Origin: a virus
Taxonomy: Duplodnaviria > Heunggongvirae > Uroviricota > Caudoviricetes
IMG/VR virus record: IMGVR_UViG_2734482570_000003
Strand: one strand, 5' to 3'
DNA: 33,537 nucleotides
Each line of letters starts with the position of its first letter. The first letter of the stretch is position 1. Under the pieces are notes generated by a model. It made no database searches. It was given only the letters and a program-made list of their open reading frames with translations, and was not told the origin of the DNA. The position numbers were made by a program, and so were the translations under genes. Shown in pieces: positions 14,520 to 22,924 of this stretch.

Positions 14520-14700
14520 AAAAAGCCCGTTTTCAGCATCTGTCGTTTCCTTTCTTTTCAGGGGGTGTTTTAAATAAAAACATGAAGTTACGGCGAAGAA
14601 GAACGGAAACGCCTTAAACCGGAAAATTTTCATAAATAGCGAAAACCCGCGCGCCTTCCGCCCCGTAACAGGCCGGATCGCCGGAAAGGACCCGCAAAGA
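14520..14700. other. cos region (cosB, cosN, cosQ) internal to the window; cosN about 14652-14663
   Basis: Reverse complement of 14581-14700 aligns with the remembered lambda cos flanks; the 12-nt cohesive-end position reads GGGCGGAAGGCG. Confidence 0.75.
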
Positions 14701-14915
14701 TGAGAATAATTATCACTTGCATTAATATCCGGCTTCTTCCACCCTCGCACAGGACTGGCGAGCATGAGGGACAAACCCGCGAATCATTAGCGCGGTAAAA
14801 ACCCGGTGTGCATCGTTTTTGATTATTTCCGCACACTCGCGCAGAGGAGTTCCCCGTCGGGCTACGGTCATGGTTAATGCGGAAATACGGCGACGATGCA
14901 GCGCGGTATTTAATG

Positions 14916-14931
14916 TGCGACCACGGTCGCA
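14916..14931. repeat. sopC-like centromere palindrome TGCGACC-AC-GGTCGCA (copy 1 of 4)
   Basis: Perfect 7-bp inverted arms around a 2-bp centre; one change per arm from the F-plasmid SopB site TGGGACC-AC-GGTCCCA. Confidence 0.6.
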
Positions 14932-14951
14932 AACGAGAAACAAAGAGATTT

Positions 14952-15263
14952 TTATGCTACAGAGGAACAAGCTGGCGGGTAATTCAGCGTAGTGAATACC
15001 GGCATCTCCATCTTGTATGCGTAATGATACTCAGCAGTTGCTCCAGCAGACGCTTTCCAGCCAGGAAGCATCAAAATAGCATCAGCACAACGAAGCATTG
15101 CAAAGCAAATATCCATGTATTCACGTTGTGTCAGACCATTAGGCAAAGTGGCTGGATTCAAGACAGAGTGACCATGTCGTGACAAACGATCTGCCTCTTT
15201 ATTAAAGGCGTCACGATTAAAGTTCTCATATCCCGTCATTGGCCCGGCAATATAAATTTTCAT
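14952..15263 (-). CDS. DUF4406-like protein (nucleoside 2-deoxyribosyltransferase-like fold)
   Basis: 103 aa with N-terminal MKIYIAGPMTG motif typical of that family; sits between lysis genes and cos. Confidence 0.5.
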   Translation of the reverse strand: MKIYIAGPMTGYENFNRDAFNKEADRLSRHGHSVLNPATLPNGLTQREYMDICFAMLRCADAILMLPGWKASAGATAEYHYAYKMEMPVFTTLNYPPACSSVA

Positions 15264-15304
15264 TCACTATCCAACAAATTGAGCTCGTTTTTGATACAGA
15301 GGTA

Positions 15305-15754
15305 TTAATTCAGGCATTGCGTCTTGATGTATTCCTGCAAGTAGTTAACCTGCGCAGTTATCCTGTCGATCCCACTTCGGAGACGGTAATAATTGAGTTC
15401 AGCATCTGCTGTAAGTCTTGGGCTTTCTCCATTGCCCATGCCGCTGGCTCCGGTCGTTGACTTTGCACAGGTGGCGGCGACTTGCAGGCGCTTACGCCCA
15501 GCAGAAACATCAGCACGGAGGCTTTCGATAGTCGCGTTAGCATCAGCAAGCTCCTTTGTATATCTGGCATCGAGTTCCGCTACGTCACGTTGACGCTTCT
15601 GCATATCAGCGATTGTGGATGTGGCTTTATCGCGCTGCTCTTTGTAGGCGATGGCGTTATCACGGTAATGATTAACAGCCCACGACAGGCAGACGATGAT
15701 GCAAATAACCAGAGCGGAGATAATCGCGGTTACCCTGCTCATTGTTGACCCCAC
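15305..15754 (-). CDS. Rz: Spanin inner-membrane subunit Rz (i-spanin)
   Basis: N-terminal TM helix [20 protein letters not shown] then coiled-coil; probable start at MSRV (about 15742); directly after the endolysin gene. Confidence 0.85.
   Translation of the reverse strand: MGSTMSRVTAIISALVICIIVCLSWAVNHYRDNAIAYKEQRDKATSTIADMQKRQRDVAELDARYTKELADANATIESLRADVSAGRKRLQVAATCAKSTTGASGMGNGESPRLTADAELNYYRLRSGIDRITAQVNYLQEYIKTQCLN
15358..15540 (-). CDS. Rz1: Spanin outer-membrane lipoprotein Rz1 (o-spanin), embedded in Rz in another frame
   Basis: Embedded ORF with lipobox LLGVSAC followed by Pro-rich [13 protein letters not shown]; start codon uncertain. Confidence 0.6.
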   Translation of the reverse strand, partial: LTRLSKASVLMFLLGVSACKSPPPVQSQRPEPAAWAMEKAQDLQQMLNSIITVSEVGSTG

Positions 15755-16239
15755 AAACAGACTTCACGCTCAATCTCACGACGAGTCATCAGGCCTTTCC
15801 ATTGCTTACCGCCAGCAGATATCCAGCGACGTAGCTGATCACATGCGCCTTTGATATCGCCCTGGTTTATTTTGCGAAGAAGCGTCGATGTTCTGAAATT
15901 ACCAGCACCCACGTTGTAAACGAACGAGTAAAGAGCGCCGCGCGTTGTTTCCGGTATATCGACTTTGATGTACGGGTTAATTTGTCTGGCGACAGTGGCA
16001 AGGTCTTTATTCAGGAGAGCTTTGCATTCTGCTTCGGTATACGTTTTACCTAGCATGATGTCTTTTCCAGTGTGTCCATAACATACAGTCCATACGCCAA
16101 CAATATCTTTGTATGGTATGTAACTGACACCTTCCAGACCATCGTTACCACTTGGGCCAGTGATGAGCATAGACGCTATGGCAATAGCCCCGCCACCAAT
16201 AGCAGCTGTGACAGCTTTGCGTAATGATGACTGCATCAT
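15739..16239 (-). CDS. R: SAR endolysin (phage lysozyme, phage 21 R-type)
   Basis: 166 aa; N-terminal Gly/Ala-rich signal-anchor-release segment [21 protein letters not shown]; lysozyme-like core. Confidence 0.85.
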   Translation of the reverse strand: MMQSSLRKAVTAAIGGGAIAIASMLITGPSGNDGLEGVSYIPYKDIVGVWTVCYGHTGKDIMLGKTYTEAECKALLNKDLATVARQINPYIKVDIPETTRGALYSFVYNVGAGNFRTSTLLRKINQGDIKGACDQLRRWISAGGKQWKGLMTRREIEREVCLWGQQ

Positions 16240-16508
16240 ATTTCCTTCGGTGCTCTCTTCCCCAGCTCTCCAATAACCATCGCTGTAGCAGAAAGATTAT
16301 TGGTATTAGTTTTATCCAATATGTCCTGCAATATCTTCGTGCGCTTCATCTGCTCGCGTTTATTGAGCCGGTATGTAAGCACACCGAGGATAATGCTGAA
16401 CGCGACACCGATAATGAAGCCCCAATCCTGCAATGACAGGCTGGCAAAGAACGCAGCAAGACCAGCGCTACCATAAGATGCACTGCTGTATCGTTCATCC
16501 ATCTTCAT
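16236..16508 (-). CDS. S: Putative holin (pinholin-like, two TM segments)
   Basis: 90 aa with two hydrophobic segments ([13 protein letters not shown] and [18 protein letters not shown]); overlaps the endolysin start; position. Confidence 0.6.
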   Translation of the reverse strand: MKMDERYSSASYGSAGLAAFFASLSLQDWGFIIGVAFSIILGVLTYRLNKREQMKRTKILQDILDKTNTNNLSATAMVIGELGKRAPKEI

Positions 16509-16603
16509 ATCTCTTACCTCGCAATAGTTGCTGAGGTTTCGGCTTGGAAACTATATGGCGAAAATAACCCCTACCAAAAACGGCAGGGGAATATATTCTC
16601 CAG

Positions 16604-17725
16604 TTACTCAAATAACTTTTTCACTTCATCAACTGTCTGAAGATAACGTTCGCCCTCAATCTCAATACCTATTGCCTGACGTCCTAACTTCAGCGCAGCT
16701 TTAATAGTTGAGCCTGATCCCATAAAGAAATCGGCAACGATATCTCCGGGGCGTGAACTACTCTTTATAATATGTTCCATCATCGCTGCAGGTTTTTCAC
16801 ATGGGTGCTTGCCAGGATAATATTGCACAGGAGGAAACTCCCATACATCGGTATAAGGTACATCAGCAGTAACATGAAATGGACGGCGTAAATTTTCATA
16901 CTGAGCCTTCAAATCATCATACTGCTTCTTTACTTCCTCATAATGCAATTTCAGATCGCTATAACGCTTTTCATGTTCTGAATAATCAAAATTAAAAGGA
17001 TATGGACACGGGACACCGAGTGAATCTGCCTTCCTGCGAAATAATTCGCATAGTTTATTAAAATCAATTAATGATGGAAGCCGCCACTGCGAATAAGAAA
17101 ACCAGTGTGAACACATCTGCTTTCCTGTCGCTGAATTAATGTCTGCGGCTGATATATCTAACTGACGGCGAGCCAGCGAAAAAGCATCAATTAGTGGAGA
17201 AAAAATATTTTTTCTTAAATCTGCACATTTTGAAGCATAACCTGACTGACCTTTAGCATAACCTGACGCGCCGTAATGCTCTGCAAATAATATTCTTTCA
17301 GTAGCAGGAAAATAAGCCCTTAAACTTTCTTTATGACAACCGCGCCACATACCACTGGGTTTAGCCCAAATGATATGGTTCAGAACATTGAAACGGTCGC
17401 GAGTTAATAATTCAATTTTTGACGCAAGGCGAGAGCCGGTAAACATATACAGGCTGCCATTAGGGGCCAATATCCGCCAAAATTCTGCCAAAAATTCGTC
17501 AATCCACCCCAAAAAGTCAGCATCGCTATCCCACTGGTTATCCCATGCGTTAGCCTTTACGCCGAAGTATGGTGGGTCTGTTGCAATCAAATTGACCGAG
17601 TTATCAGGGATGGTTTTGATAAATTGCAGAGAATCTGCGCAAACGAGTTGTGCGCCATGAATATTAGTGGTTTTGAACATAGCTATTATTTTTTTGCCTG
17701 GGTAAGCTAACCCGGCGATGCGCAT
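16604..17725 (-). CDS. DNA methyltransferase, beta-class amino-MTase (N6-adenine or N4-cytosine), orphan
   Basis: DPPY motif IV near the N-terminus (LIATDPPYFG) and motif I near the C-terminus (DFFMGSGST); no adjacent restriction endonuclease candidate. Alternative start at 17680. Confidence 0.85.
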   Translation of the reverse strand: MRIAGLAYPGKKIIAMFKTTNIHGAQLVCADSLQFIKTIPDNSVNLIATDPPYFGVKANAWDNQWDSDADFLGWIDEFLAEFWRILAPNGSLYMFTGSRLASKIELLTRDRFNVLNHIIWAKPSGMWRGCHKESLRAYFPATERILFAEHYGASGYAKGQSGYASKCADLRKNIFSPLIDAFSLARRQLDISAADINSATGKQMCSHWFSYSQWRLPSLIDFNKLCELFRRKADSLGVPCPYPFNFDYSEHEKRYSDLKLHYEEVKKQYDDLKAQYENLRRPFHVTADVPYTDVWEFPPVQYYPGKHPCEKPAAMMEHIIKSSSRPGDIVADFFMGSGSTIKAALKLGRQAIGIEIEGERYLQTVDEVKKLFE

Positions 17726-17814
17726 CGCGGGTGGGCTTTAGGTTCAGCCTATAGCTCTGGCATGGGTTGACCGCAGGACAAGCTGCAACTTGTCCTGCGC
17801 CCACTTTTCAGGCA

Positions 17815-17837
17815 CAAAAAAACCGCCATAAAGGCGG
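17815..17837 (-). terminator. Rho-independent terminator upstream of the methyltransferase gene
   Basis: Minus strand CCGCC-TTTAT-GGCGG followed by T7-8 (plus-strand A-run 17815-17822). Confidence 0.6.
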
Positions 17838-17925
17838 CTTGTTGGCTGTTGGGTACAAAAAACCCAACTTAACAAAACAATAACTAAAAACCGTCATTTT
17901 GCCAAGCTTTTTCGTTTTTGTGCTG

Positions 17926-17941
17926 TGCGACCGTGGTCGCA
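17926..17941. repeat. sopC-like centromere palindrome TGCGACC-GT-GGTCGCA (copy 2; extends to 22-bp CTGTGCGACCGTGGTCGCACAG)
   Basis: Perfect palindrome; exact reverse-orientation match to copies 1 and 3. Confidence 0.6.
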
Positions 17942-17947
17942 CAGCTT

Positions 17948-18175
17948 TTAGAAAGTTGCCTGCTTATATTCATCGGTCAAAGAATATCGACCAGATCCGC
18001 TACGCTTTGCAACCCCAAAACAGATCATCTGTTCGATGATAAATTCAACGGCAGCTTGACTCAAAAAACAGGCTTCGCTTAACTCTTTCAGGGAAATGCG
18101 TGGGTATCCACGCATAACACATTCCACACTCAGGGCCGCTTCAGTCATATTTCCACGAATTTCATTAATATTCAT
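17948..18175 (-). CDS. Small winged-helix DNA-binding protein (hypothetical)
   Basis: 75 aa; helix-turn-wing pattern ...ISLKELSEACFLSQAAVEFIIEQMICFGVAKRSGSGRYSLT. Confidence 0.5.
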   Translation of the reverse strand: MNINEIRGNMTEAALSVECVMRGYPRISLKELSEACFLSQAAVEFIIEQMICFGVAKRSGSGRYSLTDEYKQATF

Positions 18176-18188
18176 AACGCCTCTCTAA

Positions 18189-18410
18189 TCAATCTTGAAA
18201 CTGGAAATCAACATCAGCCATAAAGCGGTTCAACTCAGCCAGTTTTGGCCCCATAGTCCCAACTAAGCGACCAGCCAGTCGGTCTGTTAGGTTGGTACTG
18301 TTGAAACCATATTCCTTTTCGAAACGTTCAACCTTCTGCCACAACTCATACAGTTCGTTAGCTATCTCCGCAACGTCGTCGCGCATTTTTTCGTTACCTT
18401 GATAATTCAT
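18189..18410 (-). CDS. Hypothetical acidic helical protein
   Basis: Track ORF 18189..18428; GGAGG sits inside the ORF before the second ATG, so the likely start is MNYQGNEK. Confidence 0.45.
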   Translation of the reverse strand: MNYQGNEKMRDDVAEIANELYELWQKVERFEKEYGFNSTNLTDRLAGRLVGTMGPKLAELNRFMADVDFQFQD

Positions 18411-18575
18411 AATATCCTCCAAATTCATATAGTTAGTGGGTTATTACCCCTCAATGACACGAACTGTAACTCTGCCAAACGAACACATCCAGTGTTATTT
18501 TTCGCTTTTTAGTGAAATTTTTGATTTGCGTTGTTTTCTTGTTTTGGTGTATTTTATGGATATGGAGGCTATAAT

Positions 18576-18887
18576 ATGTTTAACGTGATAACCCACCCTG
18601 CAGCACTGGATGAACTGCTTGAACTACCAGATGATTTGCGAGGTCGCATGACCAGATTAATTGAGCGACTGGAGAAAGAAGGCAACAAACTGAAGATGCC
18701 CCATAGCCGTGTAATAGGTGGAGGGCTTTTTGAACTACGAGTAGGGGATAAAAACATCGCAAGAACGCTGTACGCCTACGCGACTGGTAACGAAATTTAT
18801 CTATTGCATGCATTTGTAAAAAAGACACAGAAAACACCGGTGAAGGCTATCGAAATCGCCAGAACTCGCCTGAAGGAGATGAACTGA
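18576..18887 (+). CDS. Type II toxin, RelE/ParE superfamily (HigB / Gp49-like)
   Basis: Track ORF 18531..18887; GGAGG 8 nt before the ATG at 18576; Gp49/HigB-like sequence pattern; toxin precedes antitoxin. Confidence 0.7.
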   Translation: MFNVITHPAALDELLELPDDLRGRMTRLIERLEKEGNKLKMPHSRVIGGGLFELRVGDKNIARTLYAYATGNEIYLLHAFVKKTQKTPVKAIEIARTRLKEMN

Positions 18888-19174
18888 TGAAAGCGAAAGG
18901 CATCCCGTTTAACGAAGTAAAAGAAAAACTCCTCAACACTCCAGAAGCCGTCAAAGGATATGAAGAGGCCGACAAAGAGCTGGAGATGGTCGAAATGTTA
19001 TACGAAATGAGGGAAAGAGCAGGTTTAACGAAATCAGCTCTGGCTGAACGAATGGGGTTGCGACCGTCAGCCATCAGCCGCCTGGAAAGCAATCCTTTAG
19101 GGGCAAGTATGAAAACTTTGGCTAAATATGCTCATGCCTGCGGCGCAACCATCGATATTCGCGCTGTTTATTAA
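18887..19174 (+). CDS. HTH XRE-family antitoxin (HigA-like)
   Basis: 95 aa; HTH segment LTKSALAERMGLRPSAISRLE; start overlaps the toxin stop (TGATG). Confidence 0.7.
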   Translation: MKAKGIPFNEVKEKLLNTPEAVKGYEEADKELEMVEMLYEMRERAGLTKSALAERMGLRPSAISRLESNPLGASMKTLAKYAHACGATIDIRAVY

Positions 19175-19216
19175 TTAGACTCTTTTACTACCCCGTCCAG
19201 AAGGGCGGGGTGTGCA

Positions 19217-19420
19217 TCAATGATGTGAACGCTCAACAGCGATAGTTTGCTGACAATGCTGGGCAATCTCTCGCGACATGTTGATGAGTCGTGAAACCTC
19301 ACCAATATGTAGGCTGGCTTCTGGAGAAGCCAGGGTGACGCTAACCAGATCCAGAACGGCGTCAATATCTCTTAAATTTGAATCGAGTTGTTCAAGAGTT
19401 GATACGGCTGCTTCAGACAT
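19217..19420 (-). CDS. Hypothetical protein
   Basis: 67-aa ORF convergent with the toxin-antitoxin pair; no recognisable motif. Confidence 0.3.
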   Translation of the reverse strand: MSEAAVSTLEQLDSNLRDIDAVLDLVSVTLASPEASLHIGEVSRLINMSREIAQHCQQTIAVERSHH

Positions 19421-19502
19421 TAAATCTCATACCATTTAACTAAAAAAGGTTATTTATACTGTATAAAATTACAGGGTAAAACTCAAACTTTACGGTCAAT
19501 TT

Positions 19503-19745
19503 TCAATGAATTAACTGCGTAAACTGCTGTGTGACCCGATACTTATGCTCTCTCCCTATGCCACGATCAACTTTCTCAAGAAGTCCAGTACGGACAGCAG
19601 AATCAAGCATCCTTTTAACAATTCTGCTATTTAACCCAACATCAAAAGAAAGCATCGAAGCGAAAACAAAACCATCACCACCATCAGAAAAGCTCTTTTC
19701 GCTCCGTTTTCGTATCATTTCAAAAAGCAATGCCTTTTTATCCAT
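19503..19745 (-). CDS. Small winged-helix DNA-binding protein (hypothetical)
   Basis: 80 aa; GGAGG RBS; wing-like RGIGREHKYRVT. Confidence 0.5.
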   Translation of the reverse strand: MDKKALLFEMIRKRSEKSFSDGGDGFVFASMLSFDVGLNSRIVKRMLDSAVRTGLLEKVDRGIGREHKYRVTQQFTQLIH

Positions 19746-19752
19746 TTATCCC

Positions 19753-19766
19753 TCCGTGACCAGTCA
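19753..19766. repeat. Palindrome family B CGTGAC-CA-GTCACG (copy 1 of 3)
   Basis: Perfect 6-bp inverted arms with a 2-bp centre, immediately upstream of the RBS of the 19503..19745 gene. Confidence 0.5.
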
Positions 19767-20090
19767 CGCTTTGAGCGCAAGTTTCAGCCTCGTGGTTGTA
19801 AGGTGGCATGACCCTTCGCCATCAAAAATGCATTCTGAAACAGGCATTTTTTGACCACATCGCGGGCAAGTAGTAGATAGCTGCTTCTGCAGCTCCTTAT
19901 AGTTTTTCCTGATCAGCAAACCAATGACTTCGTTCTCCGAATATGGAACTCGCCCTGGTCTACGCAATACACAAATTTCCCCCAACATACGTAACTCGTC
20001 AGGTTCTAGAATCCAGTCCCGTCTTGATGTGCCTTCCTTCTTCAACCGTTCCCTGCGTCTCCTTTGCCGTTCTGCCGGTGTCAGCGCCAT
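19764..20090 (-). CDS. Hypothetical protein with Arg-rich N-terminus and Cys cluster (zinc-ribbon-like)
   Basis: 108 aa; CPRCGQKMPVSECIFDGEGSCH. Confidence 0.45.
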   Translation of the reverse strand: MALTPAERQRRRRERLKKEGTSRRDWILEPDELRMLGEICVLRRPGRVPYSENEVIGLLIRKNYKELQKQLSTTCPRCGQKMPVSECIFDGEGSCHLTTTRLKLALKA

Positions 20091-20105
20091 AAATCCTCCT
20101 GAAAA

Positions 20106-20636
20106 TTACTTAACCCAATTAACTACACCGCCAGCGGCCACAACCGCCCTTTCACAGTCACGCTCATATCTCAAAGGTTGAAATACACCATCAATAAAAT
20201 ATTTATCTCCACCAAACGCTGCAGGAAGTGAAACAGAAAACTGAATATGACCATCCGGAGTTACCGGAGAGTTGCCAGCCAGTCTACGCAACACAGCCTT
20301 AACGGCCTCAATACGGTCATCATCAACTTTTTCTACAATATTGGAATTTAAATACTTCGAAGCCTTGCTATGCCAATCGCTGGTTTTAGGGTCTTGTCCA
20401 TCCATCAAACGCCAAGCTTCAGCGATTAACTCATAGCCAGTGACAGTGGCTTCCTGCGCATCACCAATAAGTCGTGTAATCTCTCTTTCAAGCCGACCGC
20501 CTAGCTCTGTTTTAGTGCAATGTTCTGACCAATCGCCAGCCTCAAGCAGCGCGAGAATGCTTAAAATATCGTCCAATAGAACGGTAGTATTATCGACTTC
20601 CTTCTGAAACTCACCGGCTACTGATTTATGCATCAT
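20106..20636 (-). CDS. Hypothetical protein sharing an AGNxPVTPDG segment with the 20847..21596 protein
   Basis: 176 aa; no other recognisable motif. Confidence 0.5.
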   Translation of the reverse strand: MMHKSVAGEFQKEVDNTTVLLDDILSILALLEAGDWSEHCTKTELGGRLEREITRLIGDAQEATVTGYELIAEAWRLMDGQDPKTSDWHSKASKYLNSNIVEKVDDDRIEAVKAVLRRLAGNSPVTPDGHIQFSVSLPAAFGGDKYFIDGVFQPLRYERDCERAVVAAGGVVNWVK

Positions 20637-20935
20637 TCGTCATCCTCATCTGAGTCATCCTCATCACAGGATGAGAGTAGTGGGTTAGTCATTCGCCCTA
20701 CTTGAGTGGCGTAGCCACGCCGACAGAGATTGCGCAGCACACTGTATATTTCGAACATCTCGGTTCGTTCATCACCAACATCAAGCTCAGATGCTATAGC
20801 GTGGCATTCAGTCGCGAGAGCCGATATTTTCTGAAATAACTCTGCTTTATTCACTCTTCGACTCCTGCGGCGGTTCTGGTAGTGGCATCCAGTGAGTTGC
20901 TTGCTCAATACCATTACCCGGCTTAATCGTTGCAT
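20633..20935 (-). CDS. Hypothetical protein with acidic C-terminal tail
   Basis: 100 aa ending CDEDDSDEDDE; start uncertain. Confidence 0.35.
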   Translation of the reverse strand: MQRLSRVMVLSKQLTGCHYQNRRRSRRVNKAELFQKISALATECHAIASELDVGDERTEMFEIYSVLRNLCRRGYATQVGRMTNPLLSSCDEDDSDEDDE

Positions 20936-21596
20936 CTCCGCGCCGAAAGGTGCTTCCGGTATAGCGTGCGGAGCATATTAGCGGTTCAACCAGAGAGCTA
21001 TCGAAATTCACCGAAATAAGCACGTTCTGGCCCTTTTCAGGCATTCGCTCACTACAGCTTATCCAACCATCCGGAGTTACCGGATAGTTGCCAGCCTCAT
21101 ACGCGACCCTTATCCAGTGCATAAGCATTTCAGTACTTACACATCCACAATCAACATCAATTTTGTCATGCTGCTGTTCCAGCCATTGCTCAAAAGTTAA
21201 CTTGTAAGTTTGGCTTACAGGTTTGGCTTCCAGTTCTGCTATGTGATTTTTGGCTGATTCCAACTCAATCGACAATTTTTCCAACTGCTCTTTATGATTT
21301 TTATATTCCTGATATGCGTGCCAAGACTGACCTTTGCGCACACTATCAGTGATATCAGTAATCTGTTCTGGTGTTAGCGTGGTCAGTGGCTGTGATGGGA
21401 AAATAAGCACTTTCCCGGAATCCCAATCAAAACCAGCGTGAATTGACTGAACCTCAACTGAAGGTGTTGAACCAATGCTGCCAGGCGAATGAACAACGAT
21501 TGTTACATCCATATCGCGACGATGGCTGTGGTTGTTGGACAAAATACGATTCAACAAAATACGATTCACCAACTCAGAAAATTTAGAAAATTTCAT
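20847..21596 (-). CDS. Hypothetical phage protein with DUF551-like C-terminal domain
   Basis: 249 aa; coiled-coil middle; C-terminal ...ATHWMPLPEPP resembles DUF551 as remembered. Confidence 0.5.
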   Translation of the reverse strand: MKFSKFSELVNRILLNRILSNNHSHRRDMDVTIVVHSPGSIGSTPSVEVQSIHAGFDWDSGKVLIFPSQPLTTLTPEQITDITDSVRKGQSWHAYQEYKNHKEQLEKLSIELESAKNHIAELEAKPVSQTYKLTFEQWLEQQHDKIDVDCGCVSTEMLMHWIRVAYEAGNYPVTPDGWISCSERMPEKGQNVLISVNFDSSLVEPLICSARYTGSTFRRGDATIKPGNGIEQATHWMPLPEPPQESKSE

Positions 21597-21961
21597 GCTG
21601 ATTCACCTTTCTCTGCTCTCTCCTGTCGGAACATCACTATCATCAGGTCGCCTTTTGTCGCTATCTTGGCTGTTGTGCCTGGCTCAATGCGGCTAAGTTC
21701 AAATGCGTCATAGAACGCCTCCAACGCTTTCTGGCGTTTTTCCTGTTTGCGGCGCTTTCCCCACTGCTTTAGAAAAACAGAGGCCGCCCACTTCCCCGCA
21801 CTGAACATGATGTAAAACCAACCGAGAAGTGCCAGACCGGTATTTAGGGCCGTATCGATCGTTATCGTGGTGTCGATATTCACTACGCCACCTCCTGAAA
21901 ATTTCCCTGATAAAACGCCAACACACGCTGCATAACTTCGCTCTTCCGACAATCGTGACAA
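21593..21961 (-). CDS. Hypothetical protein, possible single TM segment
   Basis: 122-aa ORF overlapping both neighbours; hydrophobic LALLGWFYIMFSAGKWAASVF; true start unclear. Confidence 0.3.
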   Translation of the reverse strand: MSRLSEERSYAACVGVLSGKFSGGGVVNIDTTITIDTALNTGLALLGWFYIMFSAGKWAASVFLKQWGKRRKQEKRQKALEAFYDAFELSRIEPGTTAKIATKGDLMIVMFRQERAEKGESA

Positions 21962-22302
21962 ATCATGTTCAAGCGCCTGTCGTAACGACGTATTTCTCCG
22001 TCAGGTAATGACCAGATAAGGTCTGGATCAACCACTACCGATTTCTTCGGCTTTACTCTTGATAGTTTTTTACGGGCGTTTTGCCAGTCCTTGCGTGCTT
22101 GTGCAGACAGAAATATCCCGGAGCCAGAGATATACAAATCACCGCTGGCAGCAAGCTCTCTTGATAAACGACTAACAGCACACCGGCTAATACCAGTTTC
22201 ATCCGCAAGTTGCCTAACCGTTCCTCGTCCATTCAGGCGCACGAGTTCCACAATTTGTTTATTCAGTTCTTCCCTCTGTTCTGGTGTAAAAGCCTTTGCC
22301 AT
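21883..22302 (-). CDS. Putative winged-helix DNA-binding protein
   Basis: 139 aa; HTH-like RQLADETGISRCAVSRLSREL; C-terminal CHDC. Confidence 0.45.
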   Translation of the reverse strand: MAKAFTPEQREELNKQIVELVRLNGRGTVRQLADETGISRCAVSRLSRELAASGDLYISGSGIFLSAQARKDWQNARKKLSRVKPKKSVVVDPDLIWSLPDGEIRRYDRRLNMICHDCRKSEVMQRVLAFYQGNFQEVA

Positions 22303-22901
22303 TACGATTCTCCTTGCCCTTTTACAAGACGGGAGAAAATTGCGGATACATATTTAGCCTGATGAATAGCATCAGCCAGGGCATTGTGTCGTTCGCCATC
22401 AAATGGCATATCTTTTTTAGGATTAAAACCAATAAACTGACCAAGATTAACGATTGTTCGAACATCCTGATCATTAAAATATTCCCACGGACAGGCTAAG
22501 CCAACGCGCTCATAAGCACCGCGTAAAATTACATTATCGAACGTTGCTCCATTTCCCCATACTTTCAATTTTTTTAAATTACATGCATGGCAAGTAATAA
22601 AGTGTGATAATTCAAAAAGTGCATCCTTAATATCAAGGGCATCATTAGTACAAATAGCGGCTCTGGCTTACTTGCTCTGTTTCAACCACCATAAAATGGT
22701 ATCACCATCGGCGATACCACCATTCAACATCGAGCTTCTGAGATTCACTGGCACATAAAAAGTAGGACCTAATTCCTCACTTTCTGGAGAAAAAAACACT
22801 GCCCCGATAGAAACAATTGGAGCACATGTGTTAGTACCCATTGTTTCAAGGTCAATCATTACATCAGACCGTTTCCTGTCGTAAATAATCTGATTAGTCA
22901 C
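22302..22901 (-). pseudogene. DEDDh-type 3-prime-5-prime exonuclease interrupted by a single in-frame TAA
   Basis: ORFs 22668..22901 and 22302..22568 are in the same frame; the 33 codons between them are open; Exo I-like motif (MIDLETMGT) is in the first part and Exo III-like motif (HNALADAIHQAKY) in the second. Confidence 0.6.
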
Positions 22902-22924
22902 GAATAATTCTCCTCAACGTTTAT

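Noticed and set aside
14700-14950. Possible small gene or RNA between cos and the DUF4406-like gene
   Set aside because: The ORFs there are short, overlapping and lack RBS; no convincing hairpin or terminator pair was found beyond the sopC-like palindrome.
17923-17944. CTGT...ACAG ends of the 22-bp palindrome resembling a LexA box
   Set aside because: The LexA consensus is CTGT-N8-ACAG; here the spacing is 14 bp and the core matches the sopC-type site instead.
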